A DNA stretch of 64,000 bases. It comes from Camelus dromedarius. Lineage: Eukaryota. Positions 38,901 to 53,900 of the stretch are shown here, piece by piece. Within the stretch, counting starts at the first letter, position 1; the number at the start of each line of letters is the position of its first letter. The notes below the pieces were generated by a model. The model was not told where the DNA came from and did not search any database. It saw only the letters and a list, made by a program, of their open reading frames with translations. The stretch lies in NCBI RefSeq assembly GCF_036321535.1, contig NC_087436.1, forward strand, positions 53,570,001-53,634,000. Reading direction: 5' to 3'. A program made the translations under genes and the position numbers.

Positions 38901-41900
38901 CCTGACAGTTTCTTTTAAGAAATCTCTTAAAAGTATAATTACCGGGTGAAGGAATACAGATTTTTTTTTTAATATTTGGAAACTTGATAGTTCATTAACT
39001 TAAGTAAAGAATATAACCTACTCTGTAAACCTGGGGACATTTGAAGCAGTGACTATCATAAAGAAATATAGGTTGATTTCTTTTGAAAGATGACTTAATA
39101 AATGCATGGAGAAAAAAGGGCAAATTAATTTCCCTATTAAAACCTTAGTTTACATTGAAATTTTAACTTTTAACATAGAATTTTAAAAAGCCTAACACAT
39201 GGAATTTAAAAAGAATTCAACTGCTTATTTAACTGTGACGTGTAAATTTTTTTGTGACTGATTTTTTTAAACTAACATTTAATTAATGGCATTAAATTCT
39301 AGTTATGCTTTTCAAAGTTTTAAAAGGAATAAACTTTAAAAGAAGCAGCAGTTAAATTCTTTAAAATGTTTGCCTTTCAAATTGTGATTATAAAGCTTTT
39401 AAAAGTGATTGAAACAAATTACCATGTTCCTGGAACCAGTATAATTTTGTGCACTGTAAATACTTATCTTAACACATTTTAGTGTTATGATTTATTTTGA
39501 ATAAATATATTTATTTTGAATAAAAAACACTTTTTGCTTTTGTATAATGTTCAACTGTTGCAAATCTTTATATAGTTATTTTAAAAATAAGAGTCTTCTG
39601 GTAGCCTTTGGTTTAAGTAGCACTGACATTTAAATTTTATTGGTAACCTCATCATTCTAGATCACTTATGTTATTACTTGTTCCTATTACACTTTCTTTT
39701 CTGAATTTGTAAACTTGTCCTAAGCAACATAAGATATGCAGAGTAATTTTGTTGACCGATATATTGCTATTTTAAGAATTAGTTTATTTTAAATGTAACA
39801 AGATGCCTACAAGTCTTTCTTGTAGTTAAGGATATGTGCTTCCAAGTTTTAAAATTATATTCTAGAAGATCAGAAATTCAAGTATGGCCTCTACGGATTT
39901 TTTTATACTTGTAAAATGTAGTTAAGTATGGCTTGCTGTCTATTCAGAAGTAACCAGTTTTTAGATCTGGTATAGCAAATTTAACTGTTCATTTAAAAGT
40001 CTAGTGCTAGTTAGTCATCAATTTTAGTCAGGTAATTACATTATTGTTACTTAAATAAATTGAACAACTGTTAAGTTTTGCCGTGTTTTTAGGCACAACA
40101 CATTTGTACAAATGATGATAACTCTTCCCTTCTATACCTCAGGTTTCAGTATTTTTTGTTTAGATGTCATCTTACATTAGCTGAAAAGAATATTTAAAAA
40201 ACAACTGTTTTTTGAATCTGAATTCATAAATATCTCACAGTCCTTCCCATGAAAAAGTTTTCTCCATTTGAGCAAGTGCTTTAAACTTAAAAGGTTTGTA
40301 TTTTGCTAAATCTACATAGGTTGTTTTTCTACTTCAACTTTTTAGTTTATGGCACAAAGATCACCATTTTGATCCTTTGTTACAGACAAGGAAGAAGAAC
40401 TGCAAAATCCACAGGCTCACTTTTCCAGATGAGTGATGCTAGATTAACTGGTATTCCTTTACTGTAGTTATATATTTGAAAAAGAACACTCGTAACTATT
40501 GATTTAATTATTTGTTGTAATTTTCATTGTTTACACCAGATCTTTCATTCCTTACAAAGCAGGAGGTGAGACTCTGCTTTTGTGTACTAGTTAATTAATT
40601 ATACTAATTTATATATGGGCAGGTGCTGGGGGAAATGCATCTTTGCTAAAAATTAGAGACTTGTGAACTGAATGTTTGGATGCTAAAAAGAGTGAAGTGT
40701 CATGAAATCTATTTACATATACATTACTTATATTAAACAATCATCATTATAGAGCTAGTTATTTGTATCCAGGAAAGAGAGCTTTTATTTATTCTTACAT
40801 GTATTTCTAAGATATTTGATGGCATAGGCATTTATTTAGTATGCTATCTTGCATAATAAAATAAACTCATTGTAATTAATCATTGGCATTTAGTTCCTTT
40901 TTTTCCTGGTAGTGGGATTTTGTGTGTGTGTTGGAAGAGTGAGGTGTACCATTCGTGCCTTATTTTCCTAATTTGCCAGTGGAATGCACCTGGAAGATAC
41001 TGACGGTGTTGAATGAACACTAGGCTGTGATATGAAGCATAGTACATACTGTAGGGTTATGCTGCCTGGAAAGAGTACCTTGGTAATCACATATAATTTA
41101 TTATCTAATTCTGGGCACTTTTGAGAGTGAACAAGGGCTCTGCTAATAATTATGCTGAAACAACAAACAGGTAAAACTGGGACACACAGTATTTCTAGTC
41201 ATGAACTTTGACAGTCCCACAATAAAATGTAGAACACAGTTAGGAGATGTTTACCTCCCAGGGCTTAAATTTGAAGAGCAGAGAAAATAGTTGTTTCACA
41301 GTATTGTGAAAATTGAATATATTGAGATAATATATTGAGATCATGTATATAAAAATACGTAGCCCATTGTTTCTTAGTAACGGTTTAGTAAATGTTAACT
41401 GTCAAAGTAAAAACTCTTAATTTGGTTGAAGTGTGAGGGTTGGTGTTACCACTTTAAAAATCATAAAGCACCCTCATTCTTTTCTGTTCTTACTTTGCTT
41501 ACCTTTCTGTTCATCATTTCATATTTTTATTTAATGTGTGTAATGCCTTCAGTTTACTGAATTGTTGGGTTAGTAATTTGTAGAGATAATTGCAGCTGTT
41601 TTTGCCCTAATAGCATTTATATTTTTATTAAAGCCACAAATAGTCTTTGCAATTCAGCTTAAAAACTAGTGAAGGAAGGGAGAATGTAAGGAAGTGCTAC
41701 TGGAGATGAGTTACCAATAATACTGTTATCTATTTGTTACTGTGGTATTTTACCCAAAACTATATACCCGTGAATGCCAGAGCTAGGATTCCAACCTGGG
41801 TAACAGGGCTCCAGTATGTGTAATCTAAACCAGTGCTCATCCTACTCTGGTAGAAAACTAGTTTGCTTTTTGATTTGTTTTTAAACAGTTTCAATCTAAT

Positions 41901-44900
41901 GTTTTTATAAAATGATGACAGTAGGATAAAGAAGATGAAAAAATGTGTACAAAATGTAAGCCTGTATTTTTGTATTATTTATTAGTTTGAACATAGAAGT
42001 ACTGTCAAATTGTAATATTCTCTTAATGTTTACTTTCCATTTCTGTACTTAACCTGGTTGTACACTGTAACCAGCAGGAGTCTGAGGACTATATTATGAA
42101 TTACTGCTTTAAACCATTATTAGTGCCAGGAAACTATTGATTTTTGTGTACTTCCAATGAACACTTAGGTGATGTCCTAAATGGGGGGAAAAATCCTGGA
42201 AGTTCTTAGGAATAAATATTTGTTCAATGAAGTAATGGACGCAAATTGGGTGTCCTGAAGGAAAGTCTCCTTATCTTTCTGGAAGAGAGATTTTGTGAGT
42301 GTTTAGTTTTAGGATTGCTCAGGAATCTTGAATGTTCATAACCATGGAAATAGTGCACCTTGGTTTTAGAATTTAAGCAGTGTGGATTTAACATGGCTAG
42401 AAGGAAGAATCTGAACTTTTTAGACAGATTAGAGAAAACCCCACAGAAATGATGCTAGAACTGAGAAAATCTAGCTTTATAATATTAGGATTGTCCTATT
42501 ATAAGGTTAATAATTGTGCCTGATACATGTGCTGATTTTTGCAGAAAGTACTAAAAAGCTACTTGATATTTTTTGCAGCTAATTGTTAGACTTGTCCCAC
42601 TTTTGCTTGACTTTATTTCTTCCCCTTCAACTTTCTTCTGTTGCCATGACAGCTACTGAGCCCTGGGACCACTAAATTATAATTCTGTACATTTTTATTT
42701 GGATCTCATAAACTCAGCAAATCCAAAACCAGGTTTAATAATTTTTACTCAAACTGGCTATCTTTTCTATTCCCTTGTCATCTGTATTTAATCACTGACC
42801 CGTCAATTAATGGCCTCCATTGCTCACAAGCTGAAAGACACACCTTTTAAGTCTGACCTTTGAGACCTTTTACAGTCTTGTTTCAGCCTGCCAGTCTAGC
42901 TCTTTGGTTTCATGAACCCTCACTTTCAGTCTCCCTGGTTCCTTACCATCTTCTAGATAAGCACTGCACCATCTCATGACTTTGCTCTCCATTCTACCCA
43001 CCTGAAATGTGTTATACAGTGGTTTTTCATCTGCAGGTTGTCTTTTAGGTTAAAATTGTATTTGATTACTTTAAGAGTAACCATAATCTGTTAAATTAGC
43101 CTTTCCTGTTTTGTCTGGATAATTTTCAAACGAAGTCTTGGTAAAACATGGCTATTTAAGACATTATTTTCAATGAAATTTGCCTTCGGGGGAGACCACC
43201 AGCCTGAGAGAGTAGGTGGAGGGATGTTGTGGGAATTTGCAGTAAAACTTTTTGTTTTTAAACTGAATGTAAATTTAAAATTATTTTACTGTCTGCTCTA
43301 TAGGAAGCAACCATAAAAATGACAAGTTTGTACTTTTTAGTTCCCATATAGATCATGTGATAATCTTATTACTTCTTTGACAGTCATATAATGTTAAAAA
43401 ATCTGATTAGATCCACTTTTAAACATATCCCATGAAAACACCTGTTAGGGGCTTTCAGGGAGAATTTAGTGAAGTTGGTGCTACAAGGATCATAGTTCCT
43501 CTTTACCTATTTTCTGATGATCCTAAGTCTCAGATACCTAGTAGTTAACAGCCTTACAAAGAATCTTAAAAAGAGATACAATTTCAAAATAATTAAATTT
43601 TATTTCCAAATTCAATTAATATTAAAATACTTAGCAAATTAAGACAAATAATGAATAATTTTGAGATTTGTTATAGTTAATTGAGGAGTGACCTGAAAGA
43701 ATTTTTAAGTATCTTTTAAAAATGAATATATTTCTTCTTTCTTATTTGGCATATGTCCATATTTATACGTAAGTTTTCATCGAAGAATTTAGTATAGAAT
43801 GGCCATCATTCTGAACATCATTTCTCATTTTATATGTTACCATAAAATTGGAAGGTCCCTAGGAATTCGAATTTCCCCATAGAATAGATCACCTTCATAG
43901 AATTAACCTGAAAGTTTAAAATAACATCTTACTGTATTTTGCTTTATCTAAGTTGGAGATGAGAAAGAAAAAAGTATCTTGATTATTTGTATCAAAGTTA
44001 AGAAGTTTTAAACAATAAATAAAATAAGTTGAAAGAAATGAACAGAAAATGATTTTATGAGGCATGTGTCAGTCAGTAGTCTCAAACAAAAAATATTTTC
44101 CTTTGTAATAGTTTACAACATAATTGCAGAATCAAGAAGCTTACAGAATGAATGACTGATAGCAAGTTTTTTGTCTTAAATTTCTGTGATTAAGAATGGA
44201 TTGTTGACATAAATAGATGGCCATAGCAGAATATGACCTAACAGAAAATTGTGCTGAGAAAACATGCCTTTTTAACATTAATGTTTTCATAATTAATTTC
44301 TATCATGAAAATGATTTCTGAATCTTACTAGATTTGATCTGTGCCATGTAAATGAATATTTTTGTAGATTATTTGAGTATTTGGTATTCTGTCATGGAAA
44401 CAGTTGACTCTTAAAACCACTTTTGCTTTATTAAGAGGATTTGAGAAATTCAAATAAGTTTAAAAATTTGAACATCTGTTAAACTGTTAAAAGGCTAAAA
44501 ATGAAATATCAGTATTATACTTACATTTTTAAAAGTCTTCAAATACCGAAAAGATGATTGTCTATGATTAATAAGCATTTTTTCTAGAATGTTTTAGAGC
44601 ATTTGTCTTAAAATCTATCATGTTTATGTAATACTAAAAGTGAAGACTGAAAGATTTTAAATTAGCATATTTATTCACACATTCACATATTTATTTAAAG
44701 ATGAGTAACTTTTTATTTCAGTTATAGGAAAACTCCAAAATTATATATTCTTAATATAAAGACTAAAACTTCAATTAAAGTAGGACTTTTAATTCAAAGG
44801 AACACTTCCTAAGGAAGTGACCATATTTTTTTTCTGTGTCATTACCTGCTTTTAGTTCCTACATATCTAGAGACTTTTGATACCATCTAAGTCTTCCATC

Positions 44901-47900
44901 ATTCTCCTGATGGTGAGAGAGTAGAATTAAAGGAAAGAAAGTACTGAATTTTCTGATGGTGAAAGAGTAGAATAAGAGAAAAGAAAGTACTAAATGAGTT
45001 AGGAAGTGACATTTTGGACCCCAAAAAACTAGTAATTAATTCATTGTTTTCTGTGTGCTACTGAGGTAAGAGGTGTAAATAAATACTGTGGAAGTATGGT
45101 TTGTAATGAGGATTTTGAACTTATGAGTAAATTTTACTTATCATTTGTCTTTTTTTTTTTTTTCCAGAGGGGAGATAATTAGGTTTATTTACTTATTTAT
45201 TTTCAATGGAGGTACAGAATATTGAACCCAGGACCCTGTGCATGCTAAGCACACACTCTGCCACTGAGCTGCACCCTCCCCCCTCATTTGTCTTTTAATT
45301 TAGGTGGAAAAAAAAAAAGAATTTGTAGTATTAACTTTGGGAGGAAGAGTATCTTTTACTCACACATCCAACCTCACATACACATATATGCCCAGCCCTT
45401 TGGTAGAACCATCATTATTATTTTAAACTCCAAAAGGCATCATTATTATTGCTCCTTCAAATTGTTAATTAATAGTCTTTTATATATTTATCTACATATT
45501 TACCTTTTCCAGTGCTTTTCTTTCTTTTTTACACTTCCATGCTCCCAACTGGGATTTTTTTTTTCCCTCTAGCCTGAGAGTTTCCTATGGTGTTCCTCTT
45601 ACTTTGGACCTTTCTGGTATGAGTATGAGTGCGTGTCTGTCTGTCTACGCGTGTGGTGTCTGTCTGTCTGTGTGTCTTTATTTCTCTATTTCTAAAGGAT
45701 ATTTTTCTTAGGCACTGAATTCTAAGTCGACAGTTTTTTCTTTCAGCACTAAGATGTTGTTCTGTTGTTTTATGGCTTCCATAATTTTCTATTGAGAAGT
45801 TAGCAGTTACTGTTCTTGTTCTTGTGAAATAATATGTAGTTTTTTTCCCCCTTCCTAACTGCTTTTAATATTGCCGCCTTTAGTTTTCAGTAGTTTGAGT
45901 CTGATGGGCCCAGGTGTAGTTCTGTATGTATTTATACTGCTTGGATTTTCCTCAGCTTTTTGAACCTGGCTTGAGTTTCTGATGTAATTTGGTAAGTTTT
46001 GGTTATTATTTCTTTCTGCATTGCTTCTGTCCCATTCTTTCTCATCTTGTTCTTTAACTTTTTTAATCGTCTTCCACATTTCTTACCATCTATTTCCCCC
46101 TCTCTGTGTTTGAATATTTTTTATTGACCTGTCTTTCAAGTTCACCCGTCCTGTGTTCTGCTGAGTTCACTGTGTTGTTCATTCAATGAGCTCTTAATTT
46201 CAGACATTGCAGTTGGCAGTTCCATTTCTACTTGATTCTTTGAAAAAATTGATTTCAATACTGCTTTCAAATACTCCCATTTTCTCCATCTTTCCCCACC
46301 TTCTATTTTACCATAGTAATCGTAGTTATTAAGACTTTGCTAATTCTGTCATCTGGAACATGTTTGAGTGTCTTTCTATTGACAGTTTAATCTCTTGATC
46401 AACAGTTGCTTAAAAAATTTTTTTTGGATGTCTAATGTTTGATTGTTTGCTAGGTATTATAAATAATATTCATAGAGCTTCAGGATTATGTTATGTTCCT
46501 CTCAGGGGTGTAGAGTTTGGTTCTTGAAGACAGTTAATTTATAAGTAGATTGCTTTAATCCCGTCAAGGATTAGTTTTAAAATGTGTTAAGCACATGTAT
46601 TTCACCTGATTCCTAGGACATGGCCTTTCTAAGATTTCATCTGAAAGCTGAGGATTTTTAACCATCCACTCTAGCTAGGTCTGAACTCATTCTTCCTAAT
46701 GCTGTTTGACCTCTGAAGTCTTGGCTCAACTCTTCTCTGCCAGGCCACCCAGAGTTGCACTATAAACATAACAGTTTAGGAATCAGCCAAGGATTTGTGA
46801 AGGATTTTTACATAGATTTTTGACACTAATTCCTCTGCAGCTCACTCTGCCCTGGTACCCTGTCCACCAAAGTCCATCTGCCTTGTCAGTCCCTAACTGT
46901 TCCCTATTTTCTCTATCCATTCAAACTGCCTCTGTCTGGAGACCATCATTAATTTTAAGCTAGTAGAGTGAGGAATAATATTTGGTAATGATCATCTATT
47001 TGAAGATTTAAATTGTTGTGATGAGAAAATGCTGGTTAAAATTATTGCTTTTTTTTTAAGGCAGTGACTACTATATGTAAATTTTAGGGCCTTAACTACG
47101 TTTAAACTTATTCAGTTAAATGGGGAGGGTATAACTCAATGGTAGAGCACATGCTTAGCATGCCTGAAGTCCTGGGTTCAGTCCCCAGTACCTCTGTGAA
47201 AAAATAAGTAAATCTCTTCAGTTAAGTAATCAAGCCAGTAAGTTCCTATTGGGTGTAGCATTGTGATCATCGCCATTACAGTTGTGAGCAAAATCAAGAT
47301 AAAACCTCTGCCTTGAGTGAGTTTATAGGCTAGTAAAAAGTAGTTTCTGGAGGGGTCGTATTGATTTAAAAAGTGTATTTTATTTTATAAAATGAGTATC
47401 ACCTATCTGAGGTCTTTCTCTGATTTACATAATCTTGTTAATGAGAATATATATCTCTACTGTTTTGCTGGTTTGATTTAAATCTGATATACAGACCCTT
47501 GTTGCATGCTCCCCCCTTTTTTGTGTCAGCTTTTGTTTCAGCTTCTGGTGCCTTTTCTTGGCTATTCTTTTGTTTGTACCGGTTTATAACAGGATGAAGA
47601 ACTACACAGAGTAATGTGGACAATACATGTTATTCCCAGTCTCCTTTTTTTCCCTGACATTTTTAGATGACAGTGTTAATTATGTCTTTCCTAGAAGATT
47701 TATGTTCAAGCCAGTGTTCAGTTTTTTTGCTTAAGGCCAATTGAAAATGACAGCAGATACTGAACTTTAAGTTACCATATGTCATAACAGTATGACATGA
47801 AGGCAAGAACCTGTGTAGTATTGACTTGATCACTTTATAAGCTTTTTTGTCATTGTGATATAATCTTTATACTCTCCAAACTTTAGTTGTACTCTTACTC

Positions 47901-50900
47901 TTCTGCCCCCCTCATCCCACTGCCAGTACCATGCACGGTCTTTAATGGTATGTTAAGAAAGGTACCTATTTTTCCCAAACTTTGTTGCACTGTCTCTAAC
48001 AATCTTTCTGATATTAAAATGTGTAAGTGGAAGATAACAATATATAAAATTATTATTATTTTTAAATTAGAGAAACCCTTTGCTCTTGATGAAGAAATGC
48101 TAGAATGGAGAGTCCGGTGCTTTTCTTAGAGTTTGGTCTGTGTTCCGTTTTATCAAATGATTCTGCTGTAATTTCTTCTCCTTAAAAAATAATATGGACA
48201 ATATTGGTTCAAATTTAGAGTATTGTCGTAGAAATTAAGAAATTTCTTAGTGTTATTTCTTGATGTTAAGAAATTTATGTTTAATTATTTTCCACTAGGA
48301 AACCACCCCTACTCCTAATCCCCCACCTACAGAAGAAGAGAAAACAGAATCTAATCAGGAGGTTGCTAATCCAGAACACTATATTAAACATCCTTTACAG
48401 AACAGGTAAGCTTTCTGACACATAGGTTTTCTGACTTAGGCAACAAGGTAAATGGTGAATGGGACAGGTTTGGAGGGAAAGGTTAGATGAGACTAGTTTT
48501 AGATATGTTAGGTTGAGGATTCTGTTTTCACTTGGATGACCCACGCCTAGCAAGCAGCTTTTGTGTGTGAATCTTGAGCTCAGAAAGGAGAAATGTTTGA
48601 AAGATTGGTTTGAAATTCATCAGTAATGGTAATTGATGGTAATTGAAATTGCAGTAGTAAATGAGTTCTCATAAGTGAACTTGACCCATGACAGAGGCTT
48701 GGAATATTAGCACATAGGGTTTTTTTTTGAGGGAGAATGCCTATGAAAAGTATAGACATATAAACTATATAAACTAGGACAGAGTGCTGGTCATGGAAAC
48801 CAAGAAAATGATATGTTTTAAAGACAAGATGGTCAACAGTATATGTGTCACAAAAAGGTCGAATATTCATTGGATTGATTGAATGACGAGTTCTTGCTAA
48901 CATAGAGTTTGTAGGGTAGATGATAGATTTGAGACTTTGAATAGAAAGTAAACAAACGAATAGAGCAGGAATAGGCAATTTGAAGTTGGTCTGTGAAGGA
49001 GAAAAGAGAGCTATGGGATGTGGAGTCTGGAGGCTGGTTGGTTTGTATTTAAAGATAAGTTAGAATAGGAGAGTTAAGATGAGTTAAGTTTTCATACTTA
49101 TAGTGTAATAGTTTAATAGTTTAGTATATGGTTTTTCCTAACTCTGCCCTATCACTTCCCAGTATGTTTGTATTTTTACTTAATTGTCTTTCTGGTTTAT
49201 ATAATGAAGATTAACATGAATTCACTGAGAGCTGATGGTGGGAAGAAAATGGCAAACTAGAAACATTGTAAGAATGTGGAGGAAAGTAAACTGGAATTAA
49301 CTTCTGAGGATCTTTAAGTATTTTGATTCCTTTCATTCCCTCAGTCCTGGGCCTTTTACTCTTTACTTTAAAGATCCCACAAGCCTGTCTATGATTTAGT
49401 TGCATTCATCTAAATATGTTGTCATCATTTCTTCATTATCATGATAGACCTACTGAAATAAAATAGTCCAGTCACGTTTTAGTAGTGTTTTCTTAGGAGA
49501 CCTGAGGTTCAGCCTGTCCTCCAGTGAGGAACAAACCAGTTCTCTAGACAATGGGGATTATTGCCACATAGTGAGATATCAATGGTCAAATAGTCCATAA
49601 AGGATAAAAATCCATTCTGAGGATTTTTATAATAAAGTAGTAAGTTGAACAGTCTTTTAATTGCCAGTCGAATTGGTCCTAGTCTGATTTATGAAAACAA
49701 TGTCTTGTTTTAAATTTGCATTTCTTTCTTTGAAGTTTCAAAACACTTTCTGTATTGTATTGATCATTTTTATTTTCACCTGTGGGCAGTCTGTTCAGTT
49801 CTTTTGTCTATTATTTTCTTTTTGGTTCTCTTTTCAAGTCTATTTCCAAGCATTGTATATTAGGGATGATAACCCATCCAAGGAGGGGGAATAGGTTGAA
49901 AATGCATTTCCGAATCATTTGTCCTATAACATTGTTTATGGAATTTTTTTTTTAAGAGGTTTTTGATTTTCATGTAATCAAATGCCAACTTTCCTCCATG
50001 GTTTCTGGGTTTCGTGTCAGTCTTAGGAGAACTTTACTCACTCATTTATCCTATTTAATAGCTGCATAGTAGTCTCTTGCATGGATATTTTATTTAAACC
50101 AGCAGTTCTCAGACTTTCTGATCTCATGACCCCTTTACATTCTTAAAAATTACTGAGGATTCCACAGTGCTTTGATTATGTACACTTTTATTTCCATTTG
50201 TTACATTAGAAAGTAAACCTAAAAAAATGTAAAATTACATATTCACTTAAACAGCCCATAACTTGTTCATGTAAATATTTTAATGAAAAAATTTATTCAA
50301 AATAAAAAATACTTAGTGGGAAGAATAGTATTCTTGCATTTTTATAAATCCTTTCAAGTGTCTGACTTAGAAGAAGTCAGCTGGATTTTTATAGCTGCTT
50401 TCTGCATTTCAGTCTTTGGAGATGAGTTGTTTCAAAGAAACTAAGAATAAAATATGTCCTCACAGGTACATGGCTGGAAAAGGGAGTTTTTTTTTTTTTA
50501 ATTTTTTTTGGAAAAGGGAGAATTTTTAATAGCCTTTTAAAAGAATTATGGATATCTCCTTGATACTAGGTTTCTTATAGGTTAGTTGTAGTGTAGAATC
50601 TGAAACCGTATCTAAGCTTTTTCTACTTTGTTACATTAAAATCCATTGGCCTATCTTACATTTGTAATGGATCCTTCTTCACTCGTGCATGAATTTGCAC
50701 ACCACTGGTCATTTGGAAAATACTGGTTCAGTGAGTTTGCAGAGCATCCAGATATTGGCACTTTTCATTATATAGTATCAAAACAATAACATTCGTTAAT
50801 ATTAGTGTTAAACTCATCAGAAATGTCTTTAAGTTTTAATAAGTTGTCAAGCTCACAGTGACACATACAGGCTTTCCAGAATTCTGGTTTTCTCCTGAAA

Positions 50901-53900
50901 GCTCAAATTTTAACAACTGTCTCACTCTGTTCATTTTTCGAGAGATAGCCATCTGATCAGCCTTTCTTCCAAGTAAAAATGGTGTTCCATGAAAAAGTGA
51001 CTGGTTCATCTCATAATTCAGTTGCCTAAGAATTGTATTTTGGTATGCAGAAGTGTTTTTGTGTGGGAAAAAACATGTACACAGATTGAAATTTAATGAA
51101 ACCAATAATTTTTACTGCTTCATCAATGGCATTATTAACTGAAATGGACATTGTTATTACTATAAGAGTTGGTAATAATAAAGGATACAGTGACTACTAG
51201 TATGAGTTGATACCACTATATGATTCTTGCCTGCAAAACTAGTAGATTTACTAGCCATTGCTTTTGTATCATCAGTGCAGATGGCAACACAGTGAAAAAT
51301 TAAAATAATGTCTTAGCATTATTATGAAATAGTTTTTACTTACTAGCTCTCCTGAAAGAGTCTTAGGGTCCTCTAGGGGCCTGCAAACCAGATTTTGAGA
51401 ACTATGACTTAAATAATCCCTTGCTGATAGGCACATAAGATGTTTCCAAATTTTCCAAAATTAGGAACGTTCTTGTACAAACTTTTGCTTAGTCATCCAG
51501 TTACTTTCTTAGGATAAGTCTTTATATGTTTAATTGCTGAATGTGGTTTTTTTTTTAAAGACTGTATTAAATTTTATTATTTATTATTTTAAATTGAAGT
51601 ATAATTGAGTTATAACATTAGTTTCAGATATATAACATAATGATTCAGTATTTCTGTATGTTGTGAAATGATCACCACAGTAAGTATAGTTAACATCCAT
51701 CATAGTATAGATTTATAAGTTTTTTTTCTTGTGAAGAGAATTTTTAGGATTTAGTCTCTTAGTAACTTTGAAATTTATGGTGCAGTATTATGAACTATAG
51801 TCACCATGTTGTGCATCACATCCTCATGACTTTTTTTGTTTTATAACTGGAAGTTTGTACCATTTGACACCTTTCATGCATTCTTCCAACCCTGTGTCTC
51901 TGGGAACCACCAGTCTGTTATCTGTATCAGTGAGCTTAGGCAGTGGTTGTTTGTTTTTGTTTTTGTTTGTTTGCTTTGTGTTTTAAGATTCCACATATAA
52001 CTGAAATCATATGGTATTTGTTTTTCCTGTCTACTGTCTGATTTATTTCACTTAGCATGGAGTCCTCAGAGTCCATCCATGTTCTAAATGGCAAGATTTC
52101 CTTCTTTTTTTTTTAATGGCTGAATAATCCATTGACTATATATACCACATTTTCTTTTTTCATCTCTTGATGGAGATTTAGGTTGCTTCTATGTCTTGGC
52201 TACTGTAAATCTGCAGTAAACATGGGATGCATATATTTTTTAAAGTTCATGTTTGTTTTCTTCAGGTAAATGCCTAGAACTGAAATTGCTGGGTCAAATT
52301 GTAGTTCTTCTTTTAATTTTTTGAGGAAAGACTCAATTTTTAGAGTTACAGATTACAGTTCTTGACGTTGTCTGTGGGTGTGTAATAGTTTTTCTGCCTT
52401 TGCTTTTTTTCCCCTGATATTGGTTAGCAAATAGATTATAGTTTTTTTTAAGTAGGTGTTGAAATGCATCTCATTTTTATGTCTGAGATTAACAAGCATT
52501 AATCATGAAGTTATGAAATATATGTCCATTTGGAAACCTGTCTTCAGGCAACATTTTTATCAATGGGTAAATGAGATTCCCTTTAATTCAGAAAATACAA
52601 TTTTACTGAAGATGAATCGTTGGGATAACATTTAAATGTAACTTTGATGTGACGTGAGTTTATCTTCAAAGTATTAGAATAGATCTATTTTCAGCAAAAA
52701 TGTATACAGATATATATATAGAAACTAGTAATATGTTATTTTAGAATATCTGTAGTAGCATTACTCAATCAGGTCTTTTATTTTGTTATTTTTTTCCCAT
52801 TTGTGTGTTTGGGTCCCCCCTTCCTAGCACTCTGATTTCTCTCCTCTTGTTTTTCTGTAAATTCAACTTTCCTGTTCCCTACTTTCTTTTCCAGTTAAGT
52901 GTTCCTGCTTTATTTTTTTAGGTAACTTGTGCTTAATTATCTTTGTCATAGCACTTAGAACACTATAATTGTCTCTCTACAACATTTCTTTGAATCCCTT
53001 GTGGAATGAGCCTAAGTGGATCTCTTAAGGATAGCAGAGAATCTGTTACATAGTAGGTACAAAATCCATACTTTTAAAATGAAAGAAATAGAGAAAATTA
53101 CTCATTATTTGCTACTATAAATAAAATTTTAATTAACTTATTTTCACTTGTGGTGAAACACATACATAAAATTTACCATCCTAACCATTTTTTGAATGTA
53201 TAATTCAGTAGTATTAAGTATATCCACGTTGTTGTGCAAACAGTCTCCAGAACTCTTATTTTGCAGGAAAACTTACACTCTATACTTATTAAACAACAAC
53301 TCTCCATTCTCCTTCCCTTTTAGCCCCTGGCAACCACCATTCTACTTTCTCTCTTTGAATCTGACTACTCTAGGTACCTCATATAAGTGGAATTATACAG
53401 CATTTGTCTTTTTTGGTTGGCTTATTTCACGTTCTTATCTTTTTAGAGCTCTTTAGTATTCCATTGTATATTCTACACCACATTTTGTTAATTTTGTTCA
53501 TCTGTTCACCTGTCAGTGGACACTTGGGTTACTTCCCTCTTTGGCTTTTTTGAGTAATGCTGCTTTTAGCATGGATGAAAAACTACCCTTTTGTTGTTGT
53601 TGATGACACTTTCTGTTTTTAGATGGGCACTCTGGTTTTTTAAAAATGATAAAAGCAAAACTTGGCAAGCAAACCTTCGGCTGATCTCTAAGTTTGATAC
53701 TGTTGAAGACTTTTGGGCGTAAGTAACCATTTTATATTTTATGATTGTTTTATTCATTTTGTAATTTTTCATTTTATGTTTCAGCCACAAAGTGAAGGGT
53801 AAGGTGAATAGTTAACATTCACCTTTTTGTTTATCTGTCTTCTCACAACTGTTTGAACTGGTGATTATTCCTCATCAGTTTTTGAAAGCTTCTGTCTTGT

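Noticed and set aside
40386..40435. Possible second cryptic exon after tttgttacag
   Set aside because: No convincing GT donor follows (agatgagtga).
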